Positions 1-10,142 of a stretch of DNA of 64,000 nucleotides are shown here, piece by piece. The position numbers were made by a program, and so were the translations under genes. Under the pieces are notes generated by a model, which saw only the letters and a list, made by a program, of their open reading frames with translations, was not told the DNA's origin and made no database searches. Numbering within the stretch: position 1 is the stretch's first letter; the number at the start of each line of letters is the position of its first letter. The stretch comes from an uncultured Hyphomicrobiales bacterium (GTDB lineage: Bacteria > Pseudomonadota > Alphaproteobacteria > Rhodospirillales > 2-12-FULL-67-15): the NCBI GenBank assembly GCA_964412955.1, contig CAYPQV010000007.1:21795-85794 (forward strand), in the 5' to 3' direction.

Positions 1-90
1 GCGCGCGGCGCGCGCTGGGTGATGCGAATCGGCTACGGCATCACCGGCGCGAGCGTGTTCCTGTTCATCGTCGCCGGATTTTTGGCGTAG
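1..90 (+). CDS. 3' end of a probable membrane protein (truncated by window edge)
   Basis: Frame 1 reads ARGARWVMRIGYGITGASVFLFIVAGFLA* with TAG at 88-90. The C-terminal helix is hydrophobic and the gene converges on the LysR gene. Confidence 0.45.
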   Translation, partial: ARGARWVMRIGYGITGASVFLFIVAGFLA

Positions 91-99
91 CGCCCGGCT

Positions 100-1068
100 T
101 CACGCCCCCTTGGCCTGCGTCCGCCGGGCTTCCGCGGGCGCATTCTTGCCGCTCTTGCCGGTCAACTGCTCGGCGAGCGCGCCGGTCGCGATCGCTTCCT
201 TCATCAATTCGACCATGGCGTTGGTCATCGGCCGCATCGGCTGGGCGTCGACCCAGACCAGCCCGACGTTCTGCACCACCTGGGGCTTATCGAGCGCGAT
301 CAGGCGCGTGCGCGGAAACGGCCCGATGAAATGCTGGAAGTGATTGGGAATTATGGTGGCGAGATCGCCCTGCATCACGTGGAACACGAGATTCAGGATC
401 GATTCCGATTCGAGCCGGGGCTTGGGCGTAACCCCGCACTTGACGAACGCCTTGTTCATCGCCTGGCGTTCGTGGGTCGAAGGCGACAGCAGGCACAGCG
501 GCAGGCCGGCGGCCTCCGCCCAGGCCATCGACGAACGGTTGCCCGCCCAGCCGCGATCGGGGATCAGGAGCGCGAATTCCTCCTCGTACAGCGGAAGCGT
601 CTTGAGGCGGCCGAGCGGCTGCTCGCCGAGATAGGTGACGCCGATGTCGAAATGGGAATTGATCAGGCCGTCGATCATCTTGTCGAGGCCGATGAAGTGG
701 GTCTCGATCTGGACGCCGGGATAACGGACGAAGAACAGCCGATCGATCATCGGCAGCACCGGCGAGCTCATCGGCATCGCGCCGATGCGGATGCGGCCCT
801 CGAGGTTGCGATGCATCAGCGCCAGTTCCATCAGCATCGCGTCGCGATCGGCGAGGATGCGCTTGCCCCATTCGAGGACGCGCTTGCCTTCCTCGGTCAA
901 TCCGCTGAAGCGCTGATGGCGCAGCACGATCGGAATGCCGAGCTCCTGCTCAAGTTGCTTGACCGCGCTCGATAAGCTAGGCTGCGAAACGTTGCAGCGC
1001 GCCGCGGCCCGCCCGAAATTCTTCTCCTCGGCGAGAGTGGCCAGGTACTGGAATTGCCGCAGGAACAT
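100..1068 (-). CDS. LysR-family transcriptional regulator
   Basis: N-terminal HTH NFGRAAARCNVSQPSLSSAVKQLE, followed by a LysR substrate-binding domain. Divergent from the TauE gene. Confidence 0.95.
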   Translation of the reverse strand: MFLRQFQYLATLAEEKNFGRAAARCNVSQPSLSSAVKQLEQELGIPIVLRHQRFSGLTEEGKRVLEWGKRILADRDAMLMELALMHRNLEGRIRIGAMPMSSPVLPMIDRLFFVRYPGVQIETHFIGLDKMIDGLINSHFDIGVTYLGEQPLGRLKTLPLYEEEFALLIPDRGWAGNRSSMAWAEAAGLPLCLLSPSTHERQAMNKAFVKCGVTPKPRLESESILNLVFHVMQGDLATIIPNHFQHFIGPFPRTRLIALDKPQVVQNVGLVWVDAQPMRPMTNAMVELMKEAIATGALAEQLTGKSGKNAPAEARRTQAKGA

Positions 1069-1134
1069 GATGATTCAACCCGACGGACGGGCCTCCCTGT
1101 TGTTCGGTTTGCGCGTGCGCGCGCCTCGGCGCGC

Positions 1135-1905
1135 ATGATCCCGGTGCTCGGAATGTCGGTGCTCGGCGCGGCCGGCCTCGCGGGCGCGGTCCTTTTCGTC
1201 GGCGTGTTGATCGGCGCGACCGGCATCGGCGGCGTTCTGCTGGTGCCGACGCTCACCTTTCTCGGCGACGTGCCCGTTCACCTGGCCGTCGCCAGCTGCA
1301 ATTTCAGCTACCTGTTCACCGGCCTGGTCGGCACCGCGCTCTATGCCCGCAAGGGCTCGATTTCCTGGGGCATGGGCCTGTGGCTCGCCCTCGGCGCCAT
1401 GCCCGGCGCGTATCTCGGCGCGTTCATTCTGCCGCACGTGCCGGGCGACGCGCTGCTCGCCCTGATCGCGTGTTTGATCGTGTTTTCCGGGCTCAACGCC
1501 GTTCTTCGCGGCGAGGGCCGTGCGCCGAGGCGCGAAACGCTCGACAAAGGCGCGCTGGCGGGGATCGGGATCGTGGTCGGAATCGGATCGGCGCTTTCCG
1601 GCACCGGCGGACCGCTGGTCCTGGTGCCGATCCTGCTGTGGCTGGAAATGCCGGCGATCGTCGCGATCGGGCTCAGCCAGACCGTCATGGTGCCGATCGC
1701 GCTGTTCTCCACCGCCGGCAACGTGATTCACGGACATGTCGATTTCGTGCTCGGCGGCGCGCTCGCCGCGATCATGATGATCGGCGCGTTCGCCGGCGCC
1801 GAAATCACCCACCGGCTTCCCGCCGCCCTGCTCAAGCGGGCGGTGGCGACCCTGCTGATCGGCGTCGGCGCGATGATGCTGGCCCGGATCGGTTTCGGCG
1901 CCTGA
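1135..1905 (+). CDS. TauE/SafE family sulfite exporter-like membrane protein
   Basis: Two repeated Gly-rich motifs (GATGIGGVLLVP, SGTGGPLVLVP) and about 8 hydrophobic segments. Start moved to ATG 1135 to avoid overlap with the LysR gene. Confidence 0.85.
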   Translation: MIPVLGMSVLGAAGLAGAVLFVGVLIGATGIGGVLLVPTLTFLGDVPVHLAVASCNFSYLFTGLVGTALYARKGSISWGMGLWLALGAMPGAYLGAFILPHVPGDALLALIACLIVFSGLNAVLRGEGRAPRRETLDKGALAGIGIVVGIGSALSGTGGPLVLVPILLWLEMPAIVAIGLSQTVMVPIALFSTAGNVIHGHVDFVLGGALAAIMMIGAFAGAEITHRLPAALLKRAVATLLIGVGAMMLARIGFGA

Positions 1906-1920
1906 GGCGAGGTCGCGGCG

Positions 1921-2979
1921 ATGGCCTTCGACATTGCGCGCGTGATACCGGATTTCGGTGACGTCGAGGGCGAAGCGCGCGCCGTACGCGAAAGCGTGGC
2001 CTTGTTCGATTTTTCGTTCGTTGCCCGCGGGCGCATCATGGGCCGCGATGCGATTGCGATCCTGGAGCGCTTTCAGTCCCGCCCCGTCGGCGACATGGCG
2101 GCGGGTCGGATTCGCTACGCGCTCCGCCTGGGCCCGGGCGGGGCGGTCGAGGTCGACCTGACGATTTGGCGTCTCGACGGCGAAACCTTCGAGGTGATGA
2201 GCGGGCGGCGCGAAGACATCGCGGCGCTGACCGCGCTCGCCGAACCGGATACGGCCGTCGTCGACCTGAGCGACGCGGGCGCGATCTTCGCCGTGCAGGG
2301 GCCGCGCACCCTCGACGCGCTTGCCCCGCTCGGCGATCGGGAACAGCTGGCGGCGATCCCCTATTTCGGCCATGCCGAAACGACGATCGCGGGCATATCG
2401 TGCCGGGTCGGCCGCCTCGGCTACACCGGCGAAAAGGGGTTCGAAATCATCGCCGACAAGACGGATGCCGCGCGGTTGCGCGCGGCCCTTGCCGAACGCG
2501 CGCGGCCGGCGGGCTTCGCCGCCGCCGATATTCTGCGCATCGAGGCGGGATTCATTTTGTTCGCCAACGAATGCCGCCTGGGCGCCGACCCGGCCGCGCT
2601 CGGTCTCGAACGCGCGGCGCCCCATGCCCTGGCCCATTCGCCGCTCCGCCTGGTCGCCTTCACCGCGACGCCCGCTCCGATCCGCTCGCCCTGGCAACCC
2701 GACGGTCTGCATCCCCCGGCCCGGGGCGAGATTGCCGTCACTTCGGCCTCGGCGAGCGTCGCGCTTCGAGGGCAAACGATCGGGCTGGGGTTCGTCCGCG
2801 CCGCCGAGGCCGCGCCGGGCACGCGGGTCCGCGACCACGCGCGCCGGTTCGGCGAGGTCCGCGTCGAGCGGATACCGCTGTACGATCCCGCCAAACAACG
2901 ACCGCGCGGCCCATGGCCGCCGGCTACGGCCGGAACCAAGCCCCAGGCTGAGCCCGAGCATGGCGTTCCCCCTCTCTAA
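1921..2979 (+). CDS. GcvT-like folate-dependent aminomethyltransferase/demethylase family protein
   Basis: AVRESVALFDFS, AVQGP, RLGYTGEKGFEI, LRIEAG and C-terminal PLYDP motifs. No gcvH or gcvP nearby. Confidence 0.85.
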   Translation: MAFDIARVIPDFGDVEGEARAVRESVALFDFSFVARGRIMGRDAIAILERFQSRPVGDMAAGRIRYALRLGPGGAVEVDLTIWRLDGETFEVMSGRREDIAALTALAEPDTAVVDLSDAGAIFAVQGPRTLDALAPLGDREQLAAIPYFGHAETTIAGISCRVGRLGYTGEKGFEIIADKTDAARLRAALAERARPAGFAAADILRIEAGFILFANECRLGADPAALGLERAAPHALAHSPLRLVAFTATPAPIRSPWQPDGLHPPARGEIAVTSASASVALRGQTIGLGFVRAAEAAPGTRVRDHARRFGEVRVERIPLYDPAKQRPRGPWPPATAGTKPQAEPEHGVPPL

Positions 2980-3004
2980 GTCTCCATTCGAATTCATATT
3001 AGCG

Positions 3005-3027
3005 TTTGATTGTGGACGTCTATCAAA
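3005..3027. promoter_or_regulatory. Putative LysR operator (T-N11-A dyad)
   Basis: TTTGATTG-TGGACGT-CTATCAAA imperfect dyad in an AT-rich intergenic region, with a TTGACA at 3075-3080 downstream. Confidence 0.5.
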
Positions 3028-3284
3028 AACCACTTATCTGATGTTTTCATTATCAACTCATAAATGATACCATTTTGACAAGCGTTCTTAAAAAACCGTA
3101 GAAATCCCAGGAAAATCAATCCAATTCGTGCCAAGCGGGGGGATACGTCCATCTAACGAGCGATAAACGGTCTATGTCCATTCCCCTTGGACGATAGCCG
3201 CCTATTCAACTCCGCCGACCGGCTTTCAACCCGCCGGACCCGGCTTCCTACAACCCATCCACAAACCGACAGGGAGAGAGACCA

Positions 3285-4211
3285 ATGGCCAATCCTGGCG
3301 CCGCCGAGCCGAAAAAGCGCAAGAAAGTCACCATCACCGAACTGATGCGCAAGATGCGCGAGGGCGAGCAGATCGTTCAGCTCGCCGTCTACGACTACCG
3401 CAACGCGGTGGTCGCCGACCGTCTCGGCGTCGACATCCTGTGCGTCTCGGACACCGGCGGCATGGTCCTGTTCGGCCACAAGAGCACCGTCACCGTCACC
3501 TTCGACGAGGTGATGATGATGTCCAAGGCGGTCGACCGCGGCTCGCAATACGGCCTACGCATGGTCGACATGCCCTACTGGAGCTTCCACGTGTCGCCCG
3601 AACAGGCGGTCGAAAACGCCGGCCGCTTCGTCGCCGAGGCCAACGCCGAAGTGATGAAGTGCGAAGGCAACCGCCATCACGCCAAGAACATCGAGGCGAT
3701 CGTCAAGGCCGGCATTCCGGTCCAGGGCCATATCGGCATCACGCCGATGCGCATGCCCCAGCTCGGCGGCTTCGTCGCCCAGGGCAAGACCTCGAACCGC
3801 GCCAAGGAACTGATCGACGACGCCAAGGCCATGGTCGACGCCGGCTGCTTCTCGATCCTGTGCGAAGTGACCAGCGAGGAAGTCTGCCAGTATCTGACCG
3901 AAACTCTGCCGGTGCCGGTCATCAGCCTGGGCGCCGGCAACAAGGCCCATGGCGTCCACATCATCGGCTCGGACCTGTTCCATCTCTACGAGGAACACGT
4001 GCCGCGTCACTCCAAGATCTACACCGACCTGATCCCGATCATCGAGGACGTCTACAACCGTTACATGGCCGATGTGCGCAACCACGACTATCCGGGGCCC
4101 GAGCACACCGTCTACATGAAGGACGAAGAGCGGGAAAAGTTCAAAAAGCTCATGAACTGGCAGCCGAAGACCCCGCTCGGTCCCGGCAAGCCCGCTTCCT
4201 ACAAGAAATGA
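3285..4211 (+). CDS. Divergent ketopantoate hydroxymethyltransferase (PanB)-family protein
   Basis: AVYD, VDMPY, KCEG, GHIGITP, LCEV and ISLGAG match the PanB fold. Canonical LVGDSLGM is replaced by CVSDTGGM. Purine-rich RBS GGGAGAGAG. Confidence 0.85.
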   Translation: MANPGAAEPKKRKKVTITELMRKMREGEQIVQLAVYDYRNAVVADRLGVDILCVSDTGGMVLFGHKSTVTVTFDEVMMMSKAVDRGSQYGLRMVDMPYWSFHVSPEQAVENAGRFVAEANAEVMKCEGNRHHAKNIEAIVKAGIPVQGHIGITPMRMPQLGGFVAQGKTSNRAKELIDDAKAMVDAGCFSILCEVTSEEVCQYLTETLPVPVISLGAGNKAHGVHIIGSDLFHLYEEHVPRHSKIYTDLIPIIEDVYNRYMADVRNHDYPGPEHTVYMKDEEREKFKKLMNWQPKTPLGPGKPASYKK

Positions 4212-4385
4212 AGCCCGGGGTTCGCGCCGCCGCCCGTGCGGGTGGGGGAACGCGGACCGCAGGCGTGATATAGCGACCCGCCGGCGCGCACCAATTTCGG
4301 CGCGCGCCGGTCCCGGTCGCGGAGTTGTCAACCGTTCACGGCCCATCGTTTCACGGCATATCGAGCACATCGAAAGGACACCGTC

Positions 4386-6092
4386 ATGGCCGCCGCCAAG
4401 AAAGCCCGCACGCCGGGCAAAGTGAAAAGCGACATCGAGATCGCCCGCGCGGCGACGATGAAGCCGGTCGTCGAGATCGGCCGAAAACTCGGCATTCCTG
4501 AAAAGCACCTGTCGGCCTACGGTCACTACAAGGCCAAGGTCTCCGCCGAGTTCATCGAGAGCCTCAAGAACCGCAAGGACGGGAAGCTGATCCTGGTAAC
4601 GGCGATCACGCCGACTCCGGCCGGCGAAGGCAAAACCACGACCACGGTCGGCCTCGGCGACGGGCTCAACCGCATCGGCAAGAAGGCGATGATCTGCCTG
4701 CGCGAGCCGTCGCTCGGGCCCTGCTTCGGCGTCAAGGGCGGCGCGGCCGGCGGCGGCTATGCCCAGGTGGTGCCGATGGAGGACATCAACCTCCACTTCA
4801 CCGGCGACTTCCACGCCATCACCACGGCCCACAACCTGCTTTCGGCCCTGATCGACAACCACATCTATTGGGGCAACGAACTGGGCTTCGACACCCGCCG
4901 CGTCGCCTGGCGCCGGGTCATGGACATGAACGACCGGGCGTTGCGCCAGATCATCAATTCCCTCGGCGGCGTCGCCAACGGGTTCGCCCGCGAGGACGGC
5001 TTCGACATCACGGTGGCGTCCGAGGTGATGGCGATCTTCTGCCTGTCGCGCGACCTGAAGGACCTGGAGGCGCGCCTGGGAAAGATCGTGATCGGCTACA
5101 CCCGCGACCGCAAGCCGATCCGCGCCGCCGACCTCAAGGCGCCGGGCCCGATGACCGTTCTGCTCAAGGACGCCCTGATGCCGAACCTGGTGCAGACCCT
5201 CGAGCATAGCCCCGCCTTCATCCACGGCGGGCCGTTCGCCAACATCGCGCACGGCTGCAATTCCGTGATCGCCACCAAGGCGGCGCTCAAGCTCGCCGAC
5301 TACGTGGTGACCGAGGCCGGTTTCGGCGCCGATCTCGGCGCCGAAAAGTTCTTCGACATCAAGTGCCGGATGGCGGGCCTGAAGCCGACCGCGGCGGTGA
5401 TCGTCGCGACCATCCGGGCGCTCAAGATGCACGGCGGCGTCGCCAAGGAAGACCTGGGCAAGGAAAACGTCAAGGCGGTCAAGACGGGATGCGCCAACCT
5501 CGCCCGCCACATCCGCAACGTGAAAATGTTCGGCGTGCCGCCGGTGGTCGCCATCAACCGCTTCACCGCCGATACCGACGCCGAGATCGCGGCCGTGCGC
5601 AAGACCGCCGAGGAACTGGGCACCACCGCGATCGAATGCAACCATTGGGCGGAAGGCGGCGCCGGCACCATCGAACTCGCCAAGTACGTGGTCAAGCTGG
5701 CCGACAGCGGCGTGTCCAAGTTCTCGACGCTCTATGACGATTCGATGCCCTTGTGGGAGAAGGTCAAGACTATCGCCACCAAGCTTTACGGCGCCTCCGA
5801 CATCGTCGGCGACTCCCGCGTCCGCCAGTTGTTCAGGGACCTGGAGGCGGGCGGCTACGGCAAGCTTCCGGTGTGCATGGCCAAAACCCAGTACAGCTTT
5901 TCGACCGATCCCGGCCTCAAGGGCGCGCCCTCGAATCACGTGGTGCCGGTCCGCGAGGTGCGTCTCTCGGCCGGCGCCGGGTTCGTGGTGGTGATCACCG
6001 GCGAAATCATGACCATGCCGGGCCTGCCCAGGGTTCCCGCCGCCAACAGCATCCGCCTCGACGCCCAGGGGCGGATCGAGGGCTTGTTCTAG
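4386..6092 (+). CDS. fhs: Formate--tetrahydrofolate ligase
   Basis: [42 protein letters not shown] and TMPGLP motifs. Confidence 0.98.
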   Translation: MAAAKKARTPGKVKSDIEIARAATMKPVVEIGRKLGIPEKHLSAYGHYKAKVSAEFIESLKNRKDGKLILVTAITPTPAGEGKTTTTVGLGDGLNRIGKKAMICLREPSLGPCFGVKGGAAGGGYAQVVPMEDINLHFTGDFHAITTAHNLLSALIDNHIYWGNELGFDTRRVAWRRVMDMNDRALRQIINSLGGVANGFAREDGFDITVASEVMAIFCLSRDLKDLEARLGKIVIGYTRDRKPIRAADLKAPGPMTVLLKDALMPNLVQTLEHSPAFIHGGPFANIAHGCNSVIATKAALKLADYVVTEAGFGADLGAEKFFDIKCRMAGLKPTAAVIVATIRALKMHGGVAKEDLGKENVKAVKTGCANLARHIRNVKMFGVPPVVAINRFTADTDAEIAAVRKTAEELGTTAIECNHWAEGGAGTIELAKYVVKLADSGVSKFSTLYDDSMPLWEKVKTIATKLYGASDIVGDSRVRQLFRDLEAGGYGKLPVCMAKTQYSFSTDPGLKGAPSNHVVPVREVRLSAGAGFVVVITGEIMTMPGLPRVPAANSIRLDAQGRIEGLF

Positions 6093-6362
6093 AGCGCATC
6101 CCGATAATTTGGGATCGGCTGCGTTGCGTCCTGGCGGGCGATCCGGCAGGCGCGCCGCGAAGAGCGATGCCGAAGCATCGGTCGAGCGGCGCAACGAACT
6201 GGGCGCCCCGCCAGGACGCAACCCCTTGGGGCCGGGGACTTTTTCGGCACGGGTTCGTCGCAGGGCTTGCCCGTAGACCCCGCTACGGGCCGCGCCCCGC
6301 TTCTGCCCGTGCCGAAAAATTCCTCCGGCGCAGCGATTCCAAATTATCGGGATACGCTCTAG
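6089..6362. mobile_element. MITE-like non-autonomous palindromic element (274 bp)
   Basis: Imperfect terminal inverted repeats of about 34 bp (CTAGAGCGCATCCCGATAATTTGGGATCGGCTGCG ... CGCAGCGATTCCAAATTATCGGGATACGCTCTAG). Two internal hairpins (TTGCGTCCTGGCGG/CCGCCAGGACGCAA and TTTTCGGCACGGG/CCCGTGCCGAAAA). Confidence 0.8.
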
Positions 6363-6446
6363 GGTCGGCGCTTCCGGCGACCTTGATCCGGCCGGAATAA
6401 AGACGCATCGTTCCCCCGGCTTCGTGCCGGGGGAAGGAGCGCTGAC

Positions 6447-8087
6447 GTGGCCCAGAACGATTCCGCCAAGGGCGACCGCTTCGGCGAATTCGATTACATC
6501 GTGGTCGGCGCCGGTACGGCGGGCTGCCTGCTCGCCAACCGCCTCTCCGCCGATCCCGGGATCCGCGTCCTGCTGCTCGAAGCGGGCGGCGAGGACGATT
6601 ACCTGTGGATCAAGATCCCGGTCGGCTATCTCAAGACCATGAACAACCCGCGCACCGACTGGTGCCTGAAGACCGAATCCGATCCCGGTCTCAACGGCCG
6701 CGCGCTCGATTATCCGCGCGGGCGGGTCTTGGGCGGCTGTTCGGCCATCAACGGCATGATCTACATGCGCGGCCAGGCGCGCGATTACGACCAGTGGCGT
6801 CAGATGGGCAACGCCGGCTGGGGCTGGGACGACGTGTTGCCGTATTTCAAGAAGCACGAGGATTTCGCGCCCGGCGGCGGCCCCGATGCCATGCACGGGA
6901 CCGGCGGCGAATGGCGGATCGAGAACCTCCGGCTACGCTGGGAAATCCTGGAGGCGTTCCGCGACGCCTGCGCCGAAATCGGCATCCCCAAGATCGACGA
7001 CTTCAACCGCGGCAACAACGAAGGCTCCAGTTACTTCCATATCAATCAACGGAGCGGCGTGCGCTGGACCTCCGCGCACGGCTTTTTGCATCCGGTCCGC
7101 CATCGCCCCAACCTCGCCGTCCTCACCCACGCCGAGGCGCGCGTCCTGACGCTCGACGGCAAGCGCGTCACCGGCATCGTCTTCGATCACGGCGGCACGG
7201 TGCGCCACGCCGTCGCCTCGGGCGAGGTGGTGCTCGCGACCGGGTCCATCGGTTCGCCCAAGATTCTTCAGTTGTCCGGCATCGGTCCGGGCGATCTGTT
7301 GCGCGGCCTCGGCATCGAGGTCCGTCACGAATTGCCGGGCGTCGGCGAAAACCTGCAGGACCACCTGCAAATCCGTTGCGCCTTCAAGGTCCGGGGCACG
7401 CGCACGCTCAACGAAATGACCCACAATCCCCTGACCAAGGTCGGCATGGCGCTTCAATACCTGCTGTTCCGCCGGGGACCGATGACCATGGCGCCGTCGC
7501 AACTCGGCGTCTTCGCCAAAAGCGATCCCTCGCGCGAAACGCCCAACATCCAGTACCACGTCCAGCCGTTGACGCTGCCCAAATTCGGCCAGCCGCTCGA
7601 TCCGTTTCCGGCGTTTACCGCCTCGGTATGCAACATTCGCCCGACCAGCCGGGGGACGGTCCGCATCAAGACCCGTGAACCCAGGGATGCCCCCGCCATC
7701 CGCCCGAATTACCTCTCCACGCCCGAGGATCGCCGCGTCGCCGCCGACGCCATCCGGCTCACCCGCCGGATCGTCGCCACCCGGACGATGGCCCGTTTCG
7801 CGCCCGAGGAATTCCGCCCCGGACCCGGGATCGTCGGCGACGAGGAGTTGGCGCGCGCCGCCGGCGACATTGCCACCACCATTTTCCACCCGGTCAGCAC
7901 CTGCAAGATGGGCCCCGACCCGATGGCGGTGGTGGACGAGCGCCTGCGCGTGCGCGGAATCGCGGGGCTCCGCGTGGTCGACGCCTCGATCATGCCCACC
8001 ATCACCTCGGGCAACACCAATTCGCCGACCCTGATGATCGCCGAGAAAGGCGCCGACATGATCCTCCGAGACCGCCGGGCGACCTAG
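6447..8087 (+). CDS. GMC family flavin oxidoreductase (choline dehydrogenase-like)
   Basis: [46 protein letters not shown] and GNTNSP motifs. GTG start after GGAAGGAG. Confidence 0.95.
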   Translation: MAQNDSAKGDRFGEFDYIVVGAGTAGCLLANRLSADPGIRVLLLEAGGEDDYLWIKIPVGYLKTMNNPRTDWCLKTESDPGLNGRALDYPRGRVLGGCSAINGMIYMRGQARDYDQWRQMGNAGWGWDDVLPYFKKHEDFAPGGGPDAMHGTGGEWRIENLRLRWEILEAFRDACAEIGIPKIDDFNRGNNEGSSYFHINQRSGVRWTSAHGFLHPVRHRPNLAVLTHAEARVLTLDGKRVTGIVFDHGGTVRHAVASGEVVLATGSIGSPKILQLSGIGPGDLLRGLGIEVRHELPGVGENLQDHLQIRCAFKVRGTRTLNEMTHNPLTKVGMALQYLLFRRGPMTMAPSQLGVFAKSDPSRETPNIQYHVQPLTLPKFGQPLDPFPAFTASVCNIRPTSRGTVRIKTREPRDAPAIRPNYLSTPEDRRVAADAIRLTRRIVATRTMARFAPEEFRPGPGIVGDEELARAAGDIATTIFHPVSTCKMGPDPMAVVDERLRVRGIAGLRVVDASIMPTITSGNTNSPTLMIAEKGADMILRDRRAT

Positions 8088-8130
8088 CGCCGTTCCCGTT
8101 TCAACCGTAAAAGGAAGGCTCGATTTCATC

Positions 8131-8889
8131 ATGGCGCCCATTGTGAAAGTCGCTCTCGTCACCGGCGGCGGCACCGGCATCGGCCGCGCCGCCGCGCTCG
8201 CGCTCGCGCGCGACGGGTTCGCCGTCGTCCTCGCCGGGAGAAGGCGCGAGCCGTTGGATGCGGTTGCCGGGGAGATCAGGACGCTCGGAGAGCGCGCGCT
8301 CGCGGTGCCGACGGACGTGGGCGATCCCGCTTCGGTCAAGGCGCTGTTCGCGAAGACCGTGGAGGCGTTCGACCGCCTCGACGTCTTGTTCAACAACGCC
8401 GGCACCGGAACGCCCGCGGTGCCGATGGAGGAATTGACCTACGAGCAGTGGAAGAAGGTCCTCGACGCCAACCTGAGCGGGGCGTTCCTGTGTTCCCAGG
8501 AAGCGATCCGGATCATGAAGAAGCAGACCCCCCGGGGCGGGCGGATCATCAACAACGGCTCCATTTCCGCCCACGCGCCCCGGCCGTTCTCGGCGCCTTA
8601 TACCGCGACCAAGCACGCGATGACCGGATTGACCAAGTGCATCTCCCTCGACGGACGTCCGTTCGACATCGCCTGCGGCCAGATCGACATCGGCAACGCG
8701 GCGACCGAGTTGACCGAGCGCATGACCAAGGGCGTGCCGCAGGCGAATGGAACGATCGCGGTCGAACCGCGCATGGACGTGGACCACGCCGGACGCGCGG
8801 TCGCCTACATGGCGAGCCTGCCGCTCGAGGCCAATGTCCAGTTCCTGACCGTCATGGCGACCAAGATGCCGTTCGTCGGGCGGGGTTGA
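8131..8889 (+). CDS. Short-chain dehydrogenase/reductase
   Basis: [12 protein letters not shown] and YTATK motifs. Confidence 0.95.
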   Translation: MAPIVKVALVTGGGTGIGRAAALALARDGFAVVLAGRRREPLDAVAGEIRTLGERALAVPTDVGDPASVKALFAKTVEAFDRLDVLFNNAGTGTPAVPMEELTYEQWKKVLDANLSGAFLCSQEAIRIMKKQTPRGGRIINNGSISAHAPRPFSAPYTATKHAMTGLTKCISLDGRPFDIACGQIDIGNAATELTERMTKGVPQANGTIAVEPRMDVDHAGRAVAYMASLPLEANVQFLTVMATKMPFVGRG

Positions 8890-8910
8890 TCGCGGCGGGC
8901 GGGGGTTTAT

Positions 8911-10038
8911 TCAGCTTTCCCAAGTACCCGCCGCGGCTTCGAGCAGCATGCCGCGGAACATGCCGAGCAGCTTCTGGTCGATTTCGCCGGTCATGCCTTC
9001 CATGATCTCCAGGCTCTTTTCCGGCGGCACCGGGGGCTTGTAGACGCGCCGGTCGGTCAACGCGCTGAAGATATCGACGATCCCGGCCATGCGCGCGAGG
9101 TCGTTCAGCTGCGTGCCCGCGAGGCCGTTCGGATACCCCTTGCCGTTCAGCTTTTCGTGGTGCTGTTCGGCGATGGTGATGACGCCCCTGGGAATACCGG
9201 GGCTTTCGCGCAGGTGCCGGCTGGTATGGGTGACGTGGCTGCGCATGACCGCGAATTCCTCGTCGGTCAGTCGGCCGGGCTTGTTGAGCACGTCCTGGGG
9301 AACGTCCATCTTGCCGACATCGTGCAGCAACCCGCCGGTGGCGAGGGTGAGCAGATCGTCGCCGCGAATGCCGATGCGATGACCGAACAGCGACAGCAAG
9401 GTCGCCACCCGCATCGAATGAACGTAGGTGTAGTTGTCGTGACCGCGCACGCCCTTGAGCACGTCCTTGAAGTTGCCCTCGCTCACGGCGCGGGCGAGCG
9501 GCTCGCAACTGTCCTTGACCTTATCGAACGGGATCGGCTTGCCGTCCTCGAGCAATTCGGCGATCTGGTTGAAGGTCGCGACCGACTGCTTGAGCGCGGC
9601 CTGCTGCACCGGTTCGATCTTGTCCCAGGCCGCCTCGATTTCCTTGTTGACGTTGCCGGATATCGCCGCCAGCAGTTGGCTGCGCTTGAACGGAATCGAA
9701 ATCACGGTGCAGTCGCGCGCTTCCTTCGCCGCGGCGGCGAAGGCCGAACCCGCGTCTTCGGCCTTGGCGATGATGGGGATCGCCGCCAGCGACGAATTTT
9801 TGCGGATCAGTTCCAGTACCGCCATGCCGCCGCCGGGCGGCGCCTTCTCGTCGATGATCAGCACCGCCGGCGGGCGCGCGATCAACCCGACCACCGCGTC
9901 CCGCCCGTCGGGAAAAGGAACGACGTCGTAGTATTGCGTGAGAGCCGAAGTGATTTCCGCGCGATAACGGGGGTTACCGTCGATCAGGCCGACCTTCGGA
10001 AGTGCCGGTTTTGCGGCGGCGGCGGGCGTGTCGTTCAT
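8911..10038 (-). CDS. REC + HD-GYP domain protein (probable c-di-GMP phosphodiesterase)
   Basis: N-terminal receiver-like domain; HDNYTYVHS, LLHDVGK and HHEKLNGKGYP motifs. Confidence 0.9.
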   Translation of the reverse strand: MNDTPAAAAKPALPKVGLIDGNPRYRAEITSALTQYYDVVPFPDGRDAVVGLIARPPAVLIIDEKAPPGGGMAVLELIRKNSSLAAIPIIAKAEDAGSAFAAAAKEARDCTVISIPFKRSQLLAAISGNVNKEIEAAWDKIEPVQQAALKQSVATFNQIAELLEDGKPIPFDKVKDSCEPLARAVSEGNFKDVLKGVRGHDNYTYVHSMRVATLLSLFGHRIGIRGDDLLTLATGGLLHDVGKMDVPQDVLNKPGRLTDEEFAVMRSHVTHTSRHLRESPGIPRGVITIAEQHHEKLNGKGYPNGLAGTQLNDLARMAGIVDIFSALTDRRVYKPPVPPEKSLEIMEGMTGEIDQKLLGMFRGMLLEAAAGTWES

Positions 10039-10142
10039 TTCGGTCGGGTCTCGGGCGCGCGGCCATGCGCGGGGTAAGCCGGAAAATGCTAACAGCTTGG
10101 AATTCCTGGAACAATAAGGGATTTTCCGCCGCCGAACTCCCC

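Noticed and set aside
1921-2979. Glycine cleavage T protein or DmdA assignment
   Set aside because: There is no gcvH/gcvP and I cannot verify DmdA-specific residues by eye, so it is left at family level.
4212-4385. ZTP (pfl) or THF riboswitch upstream of fhs
   Set aside because: Only generic GC-rich hairpins are visible, and I could not find the conserved riboswitch sequence elements.
3555-6896. 1113-aa minus-strand ORF, and similar giant ORFs at 20845-24855 (+), 35723-39028 (-), 57933-62456 (+) and 58426-62331 (-)
   Set aside because: These are antisense or alternate-frame shadows of well-supported genes in high-GC DNA, with no recognisable motifs.
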